From: an uncultured Gammaproteobacteria bacterium
GTDB taxonomy: Bacteria; Pseudomonadota; Gammaproteobacteria; CAWCPV01
Direction: 5' to 3'
Assembly (NCBI GenBank): GCA_963797555.1
Contig: CAWCPV010000007.1
Coordinates: forward strand, 256,001 to 320,000
Length of the DNA: 64,000 bases
The translations under genes were made by a program, and so were the position numbers. The notes under the pieces were generated by a model. It did not search any database and was not told where the DNA came from. It saw only the letters and a list, made by a program, of their open reading frames with translations. The first letter of the stretch is position 1, and each line of letters starts with the position of its first letter. Of the stretch, positions 1-10,901 are shown piece by piece.

Positions 1-513
1 ATATTCCTCAGCGTGAACACGCTCGAGTACAGCCGCGCCGGAAACCACCACGTGCAAGCGTACAGCGTCATCAACCAGCGTATCGACTATGTGTACGACG
101 GGAACCGCAGGCGCATGATTCCTGTGATAGGCGACAAGGAGCCGCTGTTCGGCAAGGAGCTGACCGAGCAGGAGGCGAAGGCCCTGGTCACTCACGGGAA
201 GAAGACCATCCAGGGCAGGAATTGCATGAACTGCCATACCCTGCTGGGAAATGGGGCGTACTTCGCTCCGGACCTGACCCGGGCGTGGCTGGATCCGGCC
301 TGGGGCTCGGAGGCCTCGCGCGAGACCCTGATGCTCCTGTTCCTGAAGGATCCCGCCAACAATGCCCGGACCTACGGGACTGGACGCAGGATGCCGAACC
401 TGCACCTCACCGACGAGGAGGCCAAGGCGGTCATCGCCTTCCTCAAGTGGATGTCGGCCATCGACACCAACGGCTTCCCGGCCAACTTCAAGCCCATACG
501 ACAAGGAGGATGA
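1..513 (+). CDS. norC: Nitric oxide reductase cytochrome c subunit (5' end outside window)
   Basis: Frame open from base 1; heme motif CMNCH, GAYFAPDLT and RRMPN motifs; directly upstream of norB. Confidence 0.9.
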   Translation: MFLSVNTLEYSRAGNHHVQAYSVINQRIDYVYDGNRRRMIPVIGDKEPLFGKELTEQEAKALVTHGKKTIQGRNCMNCHTLLGNGAYFAPDLTRAWLDPAWGSEASRETLMLLFLKDPANNARTYGTGRRMPNLHLTDEEAKAVIAFLKWMSAIDTNGFPANFKPIRQGG

Positions 514-519
514 CGCCCC

Positions 520-1995
520 ATGGCCATCGGAGCGCTTGATACCGCCAACCTGACCGATGCCCAGCGCCTCGCGGTCAAGTATTTCGCGGTCGCCATCGTG
601 CTGTTCGGCGCGCAGCTCGTCTTCGGCATCCTGGCGGCCATGCAGTTCCTTCATCCCCAACTGCTGTACGGTGTGCTGGACTTCAGCGTGAACCGCATGG
701 TCCACACCAACGCGATGATCGTGTGGCTGCTGTTCGGTTTCGTGGGGTCCGTCTACTGGCTGCTGGAGGATGAGAGTGGGGCGAAGCCGGTGGGCCTCGC
801 GCTCGGCAATCTGGCGTTCTGGGTGGTGACGGCGGCGGTGGCCGTGGTCGTTGTGGTGTATCTGTTCGTGCAGACCGGACCCGGGACCGATTTCACCCGC
901 TGGTTCATCAACGAAGGGCGCGAGTACATCGAGGCGCCGCGCTGGGCTGACATCGGCATCGTCGCGTGGGCTGCGGTGTTTTTCTACAACGTGCTGGCCA
1001 CGTTCCTGAGAGGGCGCTTCACCGGGGTGGGCGGGGTGCTGGTGCTCGACCTGGTGGCGCTACTGGGGCTTTACCTCGCCGGCATGTTCTACATGACCAA
1101 CATCAGCCACGACCAATTCTGGTGGTGGTGGGTGGTGCACCTGTGGGTCGAGGCGACCTGGGAGGTGCTGGTCGGTGTCGTCATGGCGTGGGCGCTGATG
1201 TACATGCTCGGCGCCCGCCGCAAGATCGTGACCGGTTGGCTGTACGTGGAGGTGGCCCTGATGCTGGGCTCGGGCATTTTGGGCCTCGGGCACCACTATT
1301 TCTGGATCGGAACGCCGGATTACTGGTTCGAGGTCGGTGGCTTCTTCTCGGCGCTGGAGCCCATCCCGTTGGTGGCGATGGTGGTGCACGCGATCTACGA
1401 CACCGGCCATCACCGCATGAAGAACCGCAACCACCCGGCGATGGCATGGATCATCGCCCACACCTTCGGGAACTTCATCGGGGCGGGAGTGTGGGGGTTC
1501 ATGCAGACCCTGCCCCAGATCAACCTCTATACCCATGGCACCCAGTGGACTGCCTCCCACGGCCACTTGGCATTCTTTGGCGCCTACGTCACGATGAACG
1601 TCGCCATGATGTACCTCGCCGTCCAGAAGTGGCGCGGCGACGTGTGGATGGGCGCCGGGATCGGCGCCAGATGGAAGTGGTCGCTGGGAACGCTGACGGT
1701 GGGAGTCGTCGGGATGTCGATCGCGTTGCTCGTCGCCGGCTACGAGCAGTCGTTCATCGAGCGGGCCGTGGACGGCTCGAGCTGGAGCGGCTACTTCGAC
1801 GCGCAGAACAACCCCTGGTTCACTCAGGCCATGTGGTGGCGCATGGTCTTCGGGTGGGTCACGTTGCTCGGCTACGCTTTGCTGGTGTGGGATCTAGTGA
1901 GCGTCGGCAGCGGCGCGACCCGCAAGGCGGAAGATATCGCGCGCGAGGAGGAATACGGCCCTGAAGGCGTAAGCCCGGCGCCGACTGCGGCGTGA
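520..1995 (+). CDS. norB: Nitric oxide reductase large subunit (cNOR)
   Basis: Multi-TM protein with HTN, WWWVVHLWVEATWE, GHHY and HGHLAFFG motifs; AGGAGG RBS. Confidence 0.93.
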   Translation: MAIGALDTANLTDAQRLAVKYFAVAIVLFGAQLVFGILAAMQFLHPQLLYGVLDFSVNRMVHTNAMIVWLLFGFVGSVYWLLEDESGAKPVGLALGNLAFWVVTAAVAVVVVVYLFVQTGPGTDFTRWFINEGREYIEAPRWADIGIVAWAAVFFYNVLATFLRGRFTGVGGVLVLDLVALLGLYLAGMFYMTNISHDQFWWWWVVHLWVEATWEVLVGVVMAWALMYMLGARRKIVTGWLYVEVALMLGSGILGLGHHYFWIGTPDYWFEVGGFFSALEPIPLVAMVVHAIYDTGHHRMKNRNHPAMAWIIAHTFGNFIGAGVWGFMQTLPQINLYTHGTQWTASHGHLAFFGAYVTMNVAMMYLAVQKWRGDVWMGAGIGARWKWSLGTLTVGVVGMSIALLVAGYEQSFIERAVDGSSWSGYFDAQNNPWFTQAMWWRMVFGWVTLLGYALLVWDLVSVGSGATRKAEDIAREEEYGPEGVSPAPTAA

Positions 1996-2030
1996 GGGCT
2001 GGCGGCCGCCGGGGGCCGGCCGGTTGCCGA

Positions 2031-3062
2031 TCAGACGCTTCTAGGCGCCGCCTCCGCGACTTCTAGCGAACCGTCCGTCTCGGGACTGCCTCGCTCGGGG
2101 GCTTGGGGACGCATCCCCAGGCGCCTGAGCAGTGCCCGGTCGCGGTCCACCGTGGGGTTTCCGGTGGTGAGCAGCTTCTCGCCGTAAAAGATCGAGTTGG
2201 CTCCGGCGAACAGGCACAGCGCCTGCAACTCGTCGGTCATGGCCTCCCGACCCGCGGACAGCCGCACGTAGGAGCGTGGCATCGACAGGCGCGCGACGGC
2301 GATGGTGCGTACCAGCTCGAAGGGATCCGGCTGCGGCACGTCGGCGAGGGGCGTGCCCTTGACCCGGACCAGCAGATTGATGGGCACGCTCTCCGGGTGG
2401 GCCGGCAGGTTGGCCAGGGTCATCAGCAGGCCGGCGCGGTCCCGCCGGGTCTCTCCCATGCCGACGATGCCGCCGGCGCACACCCGGATACCCGCTATGC
2501 GGACCTGGGCGAGGGTCTTCAGGCGCTCATCGTAGGTGCGCGTGCCGACGATTTGCGGATAGAATTCCCGCGAGCTGTCCAGGTTGTGGTTGTAATAATC
2601 CAGTCCCGCCTCCCTGAGGCGCTCTGCCTGCTCCGCGGTGAGCATCCCCAGGGTGGCGCAGGTCTCCAGCCCGATGGCCTTGACTGCGGCCACCATCTCC
2701 AGCACGCGCGCAAAATCTCGCTCCCGCGGGCTGCGCCAGGCCGCCCCCATGCAGAAGCGGGTGGCCCCGCGTTCCCTGGCGCGCTCGGCGGCCGCCACCA
2801 CTTCGTCCAGCGGCAGCAGGGGCTGCGATCGGACGCCGGAGTCGTGGCGCGCGCTCTGCGGACAATACGCGCAGTCCTCGGGGCAAGCACCGGTCTTGAT
2901 GCTGAGCAGCGTGCTGACCTGAACCGTGTTGGGGTCGAAATGGGTGCGGTGTATGCCATGGGCGCGATACAGCAGGTCGCTGAACGGCAGCTCGAACAGC
3001 GCCGTCAGCTCGTGCAGCGACCAGTCGTGACGTGGTAGAGCGCGCTCTTGCAGGGTATCCAT
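2031..3062 (-). CDS. bioB: Biotin synthase
   Basis: CPEDCAYC radical SAM motif, [26 protein letters not shown]; start taken at MDTLQ. Confidence 0.95.
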   Translation of the reverse strand: MDTLQERALPRHDWSLHELTALFELPFSDLLYRAHGIHRTHFDPNTVQVSTLLSIKTGACPEDCAYCPQSARHDSGVRSQPLLPLDEVVAAAERARERGATRFCMGAAWRSPRERDFARVLEMVAAVKAIGLETCATLGMLTAEQAERLREAGLDYYNHNLDSSREFYPQIVGTRTYDERLKTLAQVRIAGIRVCAGGIVGMGETRRDRAGLLMTLANLPAHPESVPINLLVRVKGTPLADVPQPDPFELVRTIAVARLSMPRSYVRLSAGREAMTDELQALCLFAGANSIFYGEKLLTTGNPTVDRDRALLRRLGMRPQAPERGSPETDGSLEVAEAAPRSV

Positions 3063-3410
3063 AGGCCGTTCCGTTTCAGGATGGGTGCGGGGGCCCGCCA
3101 CCCACAGGGCCGCACGGTGCGGCCCGACGCGCCATTGTACGCGCGGCGTCGCGCCTCCGCGAGGCGGACGGCGAGAGTCTGCCGCGTCCGCCCGGGATCC
3201 TCGCGTGCCCGCCGTGTATCGCAAGACGCTGCCCCCGAGACGCCTTCGGAAGCTCCGCTGTTACGGGCATCGAGCCTTGCGCCAACTGTCCGGAAACTCA
3301 TGTCCGCGGGCCATGGTCATAGTAGGCGACGCCGGGTGATCGAGCGTCCCCTCGACCGACGATGTACGTCCGCAGGCCGGCACAGGGTTTTCGACTCGGC
3401 GGTAAGCTCG

Positions 3411-3454
3411 GAGCTTGCGAAGAAATCGCGCGCAGCAGATTGATTCACAGGCTC
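3411..3454 (-). repeat. Internally deleted MITE copy (A)
   Basis: Reverse complement gagcctgtgaatcaatctgctgcgcg-cgatttcttcgcaagctc equals the two termini of the 5090-5230 element joined. Confidence 0.75.
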
Positions 3455-3504
3455 TCCGGGGTTTGGAGTGAAGGAACTACATGGAAGATCGAGGAGGATC
3501 TCGT

Positions 3505-4885
3505 ATGCCGCGCATCGCTTCGTTGAGTCTCGCTGCGACCCTGGGGTTCGTCGGGGGCCTGGCACTGCTGAACCCGCACGCGGGGCCTGCCGCGATTCCT
3601 ATCCTCGGGGGGGAGAGGAGCGCGCACACGTTGGCGCCCATGCTCAAGGAGGTGATGCCGGCGGTGGTGAACATCGCGAGCCGGGCGCGGGTGCGGGTGG
3701 AGAGTCCGCTGCTGGACGACCCATTCTTCCGGCGATTCTTTGGGCAGCTTGAGCAGCCGCAGGAGCGCCAGACCCAGAGCCTGGGGTCGGGGGTGGTAGT
3801 AGACGGGCGGGGAGGCTACATCCTCACCAACCGTCATGTGGTGGAGGGAGCGGACCAGATCACCGTGACCTTGCAGGACGGGCGTACCTTCAACGCGAAG
3901 GTGGCGGGGACGGATCCGGATTCGGACATCGCAGTGATTCACATCGATGCCGACCGACTCAAGGCGATCAGGCTGGGCAACTCGGACAAGCTGGAGGTGG
4001 GTGACTTCGTGGTGGCCATCGGCAATCCGTTCGGACTCGGGCAGACGGTCACCTCAGGTATCGTGAGCGCCCTCGGTCGCTCCGGCCTCGGCATCGAGGG
4101 CTACGAGGACTTCATCCAGACCGATGCCTCCATCAACCCCGGGAACTCCGGTGGGGCGTTGGTGAACCTGGACGGCGAGCTGGTCGGTATCAACACGGCC
4201 ATCGTGGCACCCAGCGGCGGCAACGTCGGCATCGGATTCGCCATTCCGGTGAACATGGCGCGCGACATCATGACCCAGCTCATCCAGTACGGCCAAGTCC
4301 GGCGCGGCCAGCTTGGGGTGCATGCGCAGGATCTGACCCCGGAGCTGGCGCACGCCTTCGACATCCAGGCCACCGAGGGAGCGGTCGTGGCCCGTGTGGT
4401 GCCCCATTCGCCGGCGGCCCAGGCGGGGCTGCAGGTGGGAGACGTGATCGTGGCGGTGGATGGCAAACCGGTCCACGACGCGGCTGAACTGCGCAACGCG
4501 GTGGGCCTGCTGCACGTGGGCCAGTCGGTGACGGTGGATCTGCTGAGGCGCGCCCACCCGTTGGCTGTTCAGGCCAAGATCGGCGAGGTCCAGGTTTCGC
4601 ACCTGGACGGCAGGCGCTTGAGCCGGTACTTGGCCGGGGCCGTGTTGGCCGAGGTGCAGGGGGAACGGGTGTTCGGCAGCGACCCCGGGGTCCAGGTGCT
4701 CGACATCCAGCGCGGCAGTTCCGCGTGGAGTCTCCGGGCTGCGCAAGGGAGACGTGATCCTGGCCGTCAACCACGAGTCCATCGCGAGCCTGGAGGACTT
4801 GAGGCGTGCAGCGCAGCACTCCGCGCAGGGGTTGTTGCTCAATATCCGCCGCGGAGACGGGGCGCTGTTCATCCTTATTCGTTAG
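3505..4885 (+). CDS. degQ: DegQ/DegP periplasmic serine protease with two PDZ domains (+1 frameshift near 4731)
   Basis: Signal peptide, TNRHVV, SDIAV, TDASINPGNSGG; second PDZ (GLRKGDVILAVN...LLLNIRRG) continues in the +1 frame to TAG 4885. Confidence 0.88.
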
Positions 4886-4903
4886 CAGGCTCGGGAGACG
4901 AAA

Positions 4904-5089
4904 TTGGACGATGCGACAGTAACGTGCCCGTACTGCGGCGAGATCATCGTCCTTCAGGTGGACGTGTCGTCGGGAAGCCAGCAGTATATCGAGGATTGTC
5001 CGGTGTGCTGCCGGCCTATCGAGTTCGATGCGAGGGTGGACCAAGCGGGGCGCCTCGACCGACTGGAGGCACGCCGTGAGGATGAGTGA
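4904..5089 (+). CDS. CPXCG-motif cysteine-rich protein
   Basis: CPYCGE...YIEDCPVCCRPI. Confidence 0.85.
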   Translation: MDDATVTCPYCGEIIVLQVDVSSGSQQYIEDCPVCCRPIEFDARVDQAGRLDRLEARREDE

Positions 5090-5230
5090 GAGCTTGTGAA
5101 TAAATCTGCTGCGCGTCCCGATAGCCGCGTTGCGCGGTGCTCGCTCCTCGCCTATCTACTTGATATGTCAAGTCACTGCGCTCCGTGCGCCTTGCTCTCG
5201 GGCCGCTCGCGACGATTTCTTCGCAAGCTC
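5090..5230 (+). mobile_element. MITE copy B, 141 bp, TGA target duplication
   Basis: Terminal inverted repeats gagcttgtgaa/ttcgcaagctc flanked by TGA on both sides; related copies at 3411, 14444 and 21915. Confidence 0.8.
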
Positions 5231-5673
5231 TGAGATCTCACCCCACCGGCTCAGCGCGCGCTCCACCAGGCAGGCGTCCGGCCAGGGAATAAGCCGTACC
5301 GATCGGCGAGTCCGGTCGGTCGAGGTGGCCAGCACTTGGACCGGGGCGCTTCGCGGCCGACGATAGGGCGCCAATTCGCTGCGCAGTGCCGTCTCTCGGC
5401 TGGGGCGGCGCTCGGCCTGGCGTCGGTCCGACTGCTTTGCGCGCCGCGCGGCGGCACGGTAAGCTACGGGCGCACTCCCTGTCCCGCCTCGCAAAGGTGG
5501 CACCCCCTTGCGAGGCCATTCCCGTGGGCCGCCCTGCGCCGCAGCGGGCGCGAGAACGAGAGGAGTCGACGTGTCTGCGGCTGGTCGCGCCGAGCGTAAT
5601 GGTTGTCGCACTCGGTGCCTGGACATTGCAGGCGCCCCAGAGCATCGCCTATCAAGACGCTAAGGAGGCAGCC

Positions 5674-6150
5674 ATGAGCTTGACGATCATTTCCCCGGCA
5701 TTCGGCCAGAATGACGCAATCCCGGCACTCTATACCTGCGACGGCAAGGATATCTCCCCGGCGCTGACATGGTCCGGCGTGCCTGAGGGGACGAAGAGCC
5801 TGGCCCTCATCGTCGATGACCCGGATGCCCCGGACCCGGCCGCGCCCAAGATGACTTGGGTGCACTGGGTGCTGTACAACCTGCCCCCCGGCACCACTGA
5901 CCTGCCTGAGGAGGTGCCCCCGAGCGGCCTCCCGCGAGGTACCCTGCAGGGCTTGAACGATTGGAAACGCACGGGATATGGCGGCCCGTGCCCTCCCATC
6001 GGTCGCCATCGCTATTTCCACAAGCTGTATGCCCTGGACGTCGCGTTGCCGGATTTGGGGACCCCCAGCAAGGCCGCATTGGAGAAGGCAATGAAGGGGC
6101 ACGTCCTGGCCGAAGCACGGCTCGTCGGTACCTACCAGCGCGGGCGTTGA
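5674..6150 (+). CDS. YbhB/YbcL (PEBP/RKIP-like) protein
   Basis: DDPDAP, WVHWV, GYGGPCPP, HRYF motifs; AGGAGG RBS. Confidence 0.92.
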   Translation: MSLTIISPAFGQNDAIPALYTCDGKDISPALTWSGVPEGTKSLALIVDDPDAPDPAAPKMTWVHWVLYNLPPGTTDLPEEVPPSGLPRGTLQGLNDWKRTGYGGPCPPIGRHRYFHKLYALDVALPDLGTPSKAALEKAMKGHVLAEARLVGTYQRGR

Positions 6151-6170
6151 GCCGCGCTGGCTGAGACGAC

Positions 6171-6930
6171 GTGGTTGCGGGAGGGCGGCTGGCCCTCGTC
6201 GTTCATGGCGGTGCCGGACGCATTGCGGACGGCCTGATCCAGGAGCGACTGCAGGGCTGCAAGTCAGCGGCGTGAGCTGCGTGGCGCATCCTGGAGCAAG
6301 GCGGAGTTGCCCTGGACGCCGTTCAGTGCGCGGTCGAGATCTTGGAGGACAGCCCGCTGTTCAACGCGGGCCTGGGGTCGGTGCTGAACGCGGGCCGGTG
6401 AGGCTCAGCTCGACGCCTCCATCATGGACGGGGCGACGCTGCGCGCCGGAGCCGCCGGGGCCGCGAGGGGAATACCCCATCCGGTGCAGGTCGCACGGCG
6501 CCTGCTGGAAGAAGGACCCCACGTGCTGCTGGTCGGGGAGGGGGCGCGGCGCTTTGCCGAGGAGCACGGCATCGAGACCTGCCAGCCCCAGGACCTCATC
6601 GTTTCGGGCCAGCGCAGGCGCTGGGAGGAGAGCCACGGGACGGTGGGTTGCGTGGCGGTGGATCGGGTCGGCAGGAGTGCTGCGGCCACCTCTACCGGCG
6701 GCCTGTTCGACGCCCTGTCGGGCCGCGTCGGCGATTCCGCCTTGATCGGATGCGGTACCTACGCCACCCGGGACGGCGCAGTGTCCTGTTGCGGATCTTC
6801 GCGCCGGGACGGGGAGCGAGGCGGGGCTGATCGTGGTCGACTTCCGGGGGGCGTCGGATATGCCAAGAACACCGTGCACATGTTGGTGTGTGCGGTGGCG
6901 CAGGGCATGGAGCCGATGACGAGCCTGTGA
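6171..6930 (+). pseudogene. Isoaspartyl peptidase/L-asparaginase pseudogene
   Basis: LVVHGGAG, LEDSPLFNAG, DASIMDG, GTVGCVA, TSTGG, GRVGDS; in-frame TGA at 6273, frameshift near 6392, apparent internal deletion after GAVSC. Confidence 0.85.
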
Positions 6931-7033
6931 CCGCCGGCCAATCGCTGAGGGTGGCTCTTGACTCTCGTCGGATCCGTGGGCGACGGCAAAGCATAATTCC
7001 CCTGGACGATGACAGCCCGATGACTCCCCGAGG

Positions 7034-7639
7034 TAAGCCCCCGGCTTTGCCGGGGGACTCACCGAGGTTTGACCTATACGACGGTCGTCGTGAATCTCCA
7101 ATCTCCGCCAAGAGAAGGAGACGCACGATGAAAGAGTACCAGAGTCTGATCCACACGAAGTGGGACTGTAAGTACCATGTGATATTCATCCCGAAAGCGC
7201 AGGAAGAAGCGGATCTTCGGGGCGCTGCGCCGCCACCTGGGACAGATCTTCCACGAGTTGGCGGGCCACAAGGACTCGAAGGTGGTTGAAGGCCACCTGA
7301 TGTCCGATCACGTGCACATGTGCCTGAGCATACCGCCGAAGTATGCGGTGTCCAACGTCGTGGGGTATATCAAAGGCAAGAGCGCCATCCAGATCGCCCG
7401 GAGGTTCGCAGGCCGGCAGCGGAACTTCACCGGAGAGAACTTTTGGGCGCGCGGGTACTTTGTGTCCACGGTCGGCTTAGATGAGGCGATGGTCAGGGCC
7501 TACATCCGGAACCAAGAGCAAGAGGACGAGCGCTACGATCAGCTAACGCTGGGGACATAGGTCCAGCCGCCTTGGGCGGCTCCCGGTGTTATGGCGCCTT
7601 TGAGGCGCTCACCCAATAAGCCCCCGGCTTTGCCGGGGG
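7034..7639 (+). mobile_element. IS200-like element (limits given by subterminal hairpins)
   Basis: Identical 23-bp taagcccccggctttgccggggg hairpins at 7034-7056 and 7617-7639 flanking tnpA. Confidence 0.9.
7128..7560 (+). CDS. tnpA: IS200/IS605 Y1 transposase (+1 frameshift near 7195)
   Basis: WDCKYHVIFIPK, DHVH (HUH), IKGKS, FWARGYFVSTVG, catalytic YIRNQ. Confidence 0.9.
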
Positions 7640-8157
7640 TGAGTTAACTTCACAAGTGCTCGGGCTATAGCCGATTTCCCGAATCCTACCCGCTGTGCGA
7701 GATTGCCGCGGCCGCTGTCTGGCCGCTGTTGAGCCTCTCCTCTACCCGACCGGCGGTGGGCGCCAGCGGCGCCATCCGCAGGTCTGGGTGGCTGCAACTT
7801 GGGCTATCTCCATGTCCGGGGGCGCGTAGGCATCCCCATCGGGTTCTATGTCCACACGGCTGGCTTGGCGGCCCTCGCGGTCTTGGGGCTGTGGATTCCA
7901 TCACAAGCGCGAGCTCGCTGCTCAGGCAATCCAAAGGAGAGGGGAGCAGCGTTCATCGCGCACCACGGCGGGCTCTTTGGTCCGTCGCGATAAGATCCCC
8001 GCTGGGATTGGCGGCGAGAATCGTCGGTGGTCGGTCTAACGCGATGATCGAGTGTTTGTGAATGCGCGGCCTACGGCTCGGCGCCATAGTCAGCCCGCCC
8101 GCGCCGCGTTTGCCCTTACAATGGGAGCCGGTGTCCAACGGGGTCGTACCTGTCGCC

Positions 8158-9336
8158 ATGGTCGTCGTGACCGCCGCCGAGAAGACTGTTCCGACCATTC
8201 GCACCGCTACGCTGCTCGACAGGGACGCGCTCGTGCGCATGGAGAACCGTTGCTTCAGCACAGACCGAATCACGCGGCGCAGCTTTCGCTATCTTCTGAC
8301 CCGCGCGCAGGCGACCACTCTTGTGGAAGAGCTTGAGGGGGGCATCCGCGGCTATGCGATGCTGCTTTTCAACGCCGGCACGTCGCTCGCTCGGCTCTAT
8401 TCGTTCGCGGTGGACCCCGAATATCGGCGTCAGGGGACCGGACTGCGTCTACTCCAGGGCATAGACGACGTGGCCCAGGAACGGGAGTCGGTCGCCATTC
8501 GCCTGGAGGTCCGTCGCGACAACAGCAGCGCGATCGCCCTGTTCCAGAAAGCGGGCTACCGGCAGTTCGGCAGTTATCAGGACTACTACGAGGACCACAT
8601 GGACGCGCTGCGGCTGGAGAAGTCGCTGGCTCCGCACCTGAGGCGCGACCTCGCCGGGGTCCCCTATTACTGCCAGACTACTGATTTCACGTGTGGCTCG
8701 GCCACCCTAATGATGGCCATGAAGGCCCTCGACCCGTCCCTGCAGATGGATCGGAAGCTGGAGCTGCGCATCTGGCGGGAGGCCACCACCGTCTTCATGA
8801 CCTCCGGCCACGGCGGCTGCGGACCTTACGGGTTAGCGCTAGCGGCTTACCACCGGGGGTTCGACGTGGAGATCCACGTCAACGAGATCGGGTCGCTGTT
8901 CGTGGATTCGGTGCGCAACCGGGAGAAGAAAGAGGTCATACGATTGGTGCACGAGGATTTCGTGGAGGAGATCGGACGTCACCAGATCCAGCTCACCCAT
9001 GGCGCGCTCAACGTCCAGCAGTTGCAGGAGAAGTTCGAAGAGGGGGGCATCGCGATCGTGCTCATCAGCTCGTACCGGATCTACCACGAGAAATTCCCCC
9101 ATTGGGTGGTGGTGACCGGCTTCGACGAGCGCTTCATCTACGTGCACGACCCCTATATCGACTCGGAGGAGGGCAAGACCCTCACCGATTGCGTGAACAT
9201 GCCGATCCTGAAGAAGGATTTCGAGCGCATGGCGCGCTATGGGAAGGCGGGCCAAAAGGCCGTAGTCATCCTGAGGAGACACAAACGGCGCTACACCGCT
9301 GCGGTACAGGAGGGCTCTTTGACCGATGTCCACTGA
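8158..9336 (+). CDS. GNAT acetyltransferase fused to peptidase C39-like domain
   Basis: RimI-like N-half (YSFAVDPEYRRQGTG, LEVRRDN); C-half QTTDFTCG...HWVVV...HDP triad; start uncertain. Confidence 0.85.
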   Translation: MVVVTAAEKTVPTIRTATLLDRDALVRMENRCFSTDRITRRSFRYLLTRAQATTLVEELEGGIRGYAMLLFNAGTSLARLYSFAVDPEYRRQGTGLRLLQGIDDVAQERESVAIRLEVRRDNSSAIALFQKAGYRQFGSYQDYYEDHMDALRLEKSLAPHLRRDLAGVPYYCQTTDFTCGSATLMMAMKALDPSLQMDRKLELRIWREATTVFMTSGHGGCGPYGLALAAYHRGFDVEIHVNEIGSLFVDSVRNREKKEVIRLVHEDFVEEIGRHQIQLTHGALNVQQLQEKFEEGGIAIVLISSYRIYHEKFPHWVVVTGFDERFIYVHDPYIDSEEGKTLTDCVNMPILKKDFERMARYGKAGQKAVVILRRHKRRYTAAVQEGSLTDVH

Positions 9337-10885
9337 CATCATCGTGGTCGACCGACGAAGTGACTGGCAGGTGGACTCCCCCGAGGGAGTGGTCATCACC
9401 GCGCGAGAGTACGTTACCCAGAGCGAGCTGCTGAAGTCCCGCAACGTGCGGATCATCAACCTGTGCCGCAGCTATGAGTACCTCAGTACCGGGTACTACT
9501 GCTCCCTTCTCGCCGAGGCGCGAAAACACAAGGTCATTCCGAGTGTCAAGACCATCTCCGACCTCAGCCGCAAGTCGATATACAGCCTAGAGATCGATGA
9601 CCTGGACCAAGTGGTCCAGCGCGTGTTCGGGCGCCGGGTGGAAGACAGCAGCCACGCTTTCGAGACCAGCATATTTTTCGGGGAATGCCACAACCAGGAT
9701 CTGGGCGACATCGGCAGACAGATCTTCGAGCTGTTTCCGTGCCCCATGCTGCGGGTGGAATTCCGCAAACAGCCCCGCTGGGAGATTGCCACCATTCGGC
9801 CGGGCAGCCTGCACCGTATGCCGCAGGAACAGAAGGCGTGCTTCTCGCGGGCCCTGCACGCGTATGTGGCGAAGCGCTGGGCAGGTCCCAGGGTGCGGGA
9901 CATCTACAAGTACGACCTGGCGATTCTGCGCAACCCCGCCGAGAGGTTCCCACCGTCGAACAAGAAGGCCCTGCAGCAGTTCGCGAGGGTGGGCAAATCG
10001 CTAGGGGTGGACGTGGAGCTCATCCAGAGGAAGGACTACGGTCGGCTCGCCGAGTTCGATGCGCTCTTCATCCGCGAGACCACCAGCATCGACGATCACA
10101 CTTACCGCTTCTCGAAGAAGGCGGAGAGCGAGGGGATGGTAGTCATCGACGACCCGGACTCGATTCTTAGGTGCACGAACAAGGTGTACCTGGCGGAGCT
10201 GTTAAAGACCCACAAGGTACCGACGCCCAACAGCATCATCCTGCAGCGTGGGACGCGGGTGAATCTCGAGTCCAAGCTGCCGTATCCGGTCATCCTCAAG
10301 ATCCCGGACGGTTCCTTCTCCAGGGGTACCTACAAGGCGAACAATGCGCGGGACGTGGAAGAGATTACCAAACGCCTGTTCAAGGAATCGGACCTGATAC
10401 TGGCGCAGGAATTTGTCTATACCGAGTTCGACTGGCGGGTGGGCATCCTCAACCGCGCGCCCATCTTCGCGTGCCAGTACTTCATGTCGCGCAAGCACTG
10501 GCAGGTGGTGCGGCACAGCGAGAATGGCCGTCCCGTCTGGGGGGAATCCAAGACCTTTCTCATCGAAGACGCCCCCAGGGAAGTGGTAGGGGCGGCCTTA
10601 CGCGCGGCGAATCTTATCGGGGACGGCCTGTACGGGGTGGATCTGAAGCAGAACCAGGAAGGGCTCTACATCATCGAGATCAACGATAACCCGAATATCG
10701 ACGCGGGCGTCGAAGACCTCTGCCTGAAGGATCGCCTCTACCGGGCCGTGCTGGAGGAGTTTGTGCGCCGGCTGGATAGGCGCCGGTCGCTGGCGAGCGC
10801 GGCCGAGGGAAGGGAGGTGCCGGCTCGCAGGACCGACGGTGAAGAGCGTGCCCGCCCACGACCGGGGCGGGGGGTCGCTCTCTAG
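9326..10885 (+). CDS. RimK-like ATP-grasp ligase with extended N-terminal domain
   Basis: INLCRSYEYLSTGYYCSLLAEAR N-domain; ILKIPDGSFSRG, QEF, YGVDL, IEINDNPN; overlaps the upstream gene. Confidence 0.88.
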   Translation: MSTDIIVVDRRSDWQVDSPEGVVITAREYVTQSELLKSRNVRIINLCRSYEYLSTGYYCSLLAEARKHKVIPSVKTISDLSRKSIYSLEIDDLDQVVQRVFGRRVEDSSHAFETSIFFGECHNQDLGDIGRQIFELFPCPMLRVEFRKQPRWEIATIRPGSLHRMPQEQKACFSRALHAYVAKRWAGPRVRDIYKYDLAILRNPAERFPPSNKKALQQFARVGKSLGVDVELIQRKDYGRLAEFDALFIRETTSIDDHTYRFSKKAESEGMVVIDDPDSILRCTNKVYLAELLKTHKVPTPNSIILQRGTRVNLESKLPYPVILKIPDGSFSRGTYKANNARDVEEITKRLFKESDLILAQEFVYTEFDWRVGILNRAPIFACQYFMSRKHWQVVRHSENGRPVWGESKTFLIEDAPREVVGAALRAANLIGDGLYGVDLKQNQEGLYIIEINDNPNIDAGVEDLCLKDRLYRAVLEEFVRRLDRRRSLASAAEGREVPARRTDGEERARPRPGRGVAL

Positions 10886-10901
10886 CTAGGTGCAAACGTT
10901 C

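Noticed and set aside
5498-5511. Sigma54-like TGGCAC..TTGC upstream of the YbhB gene
   Set aside because: GG-GC spacing is 9 nt, not the required 10
7190-7200. Programmed frameshift in IS200 tnpA
   Set aside because: No slippery heptamer, not typical of IS200, and it matches the window-wide +1 error pattern
7650-8050. Gene or ncRNA between IS200 and the GNAT gene
   Set aside because: No recognisable motif or structure; probably decayed sequence
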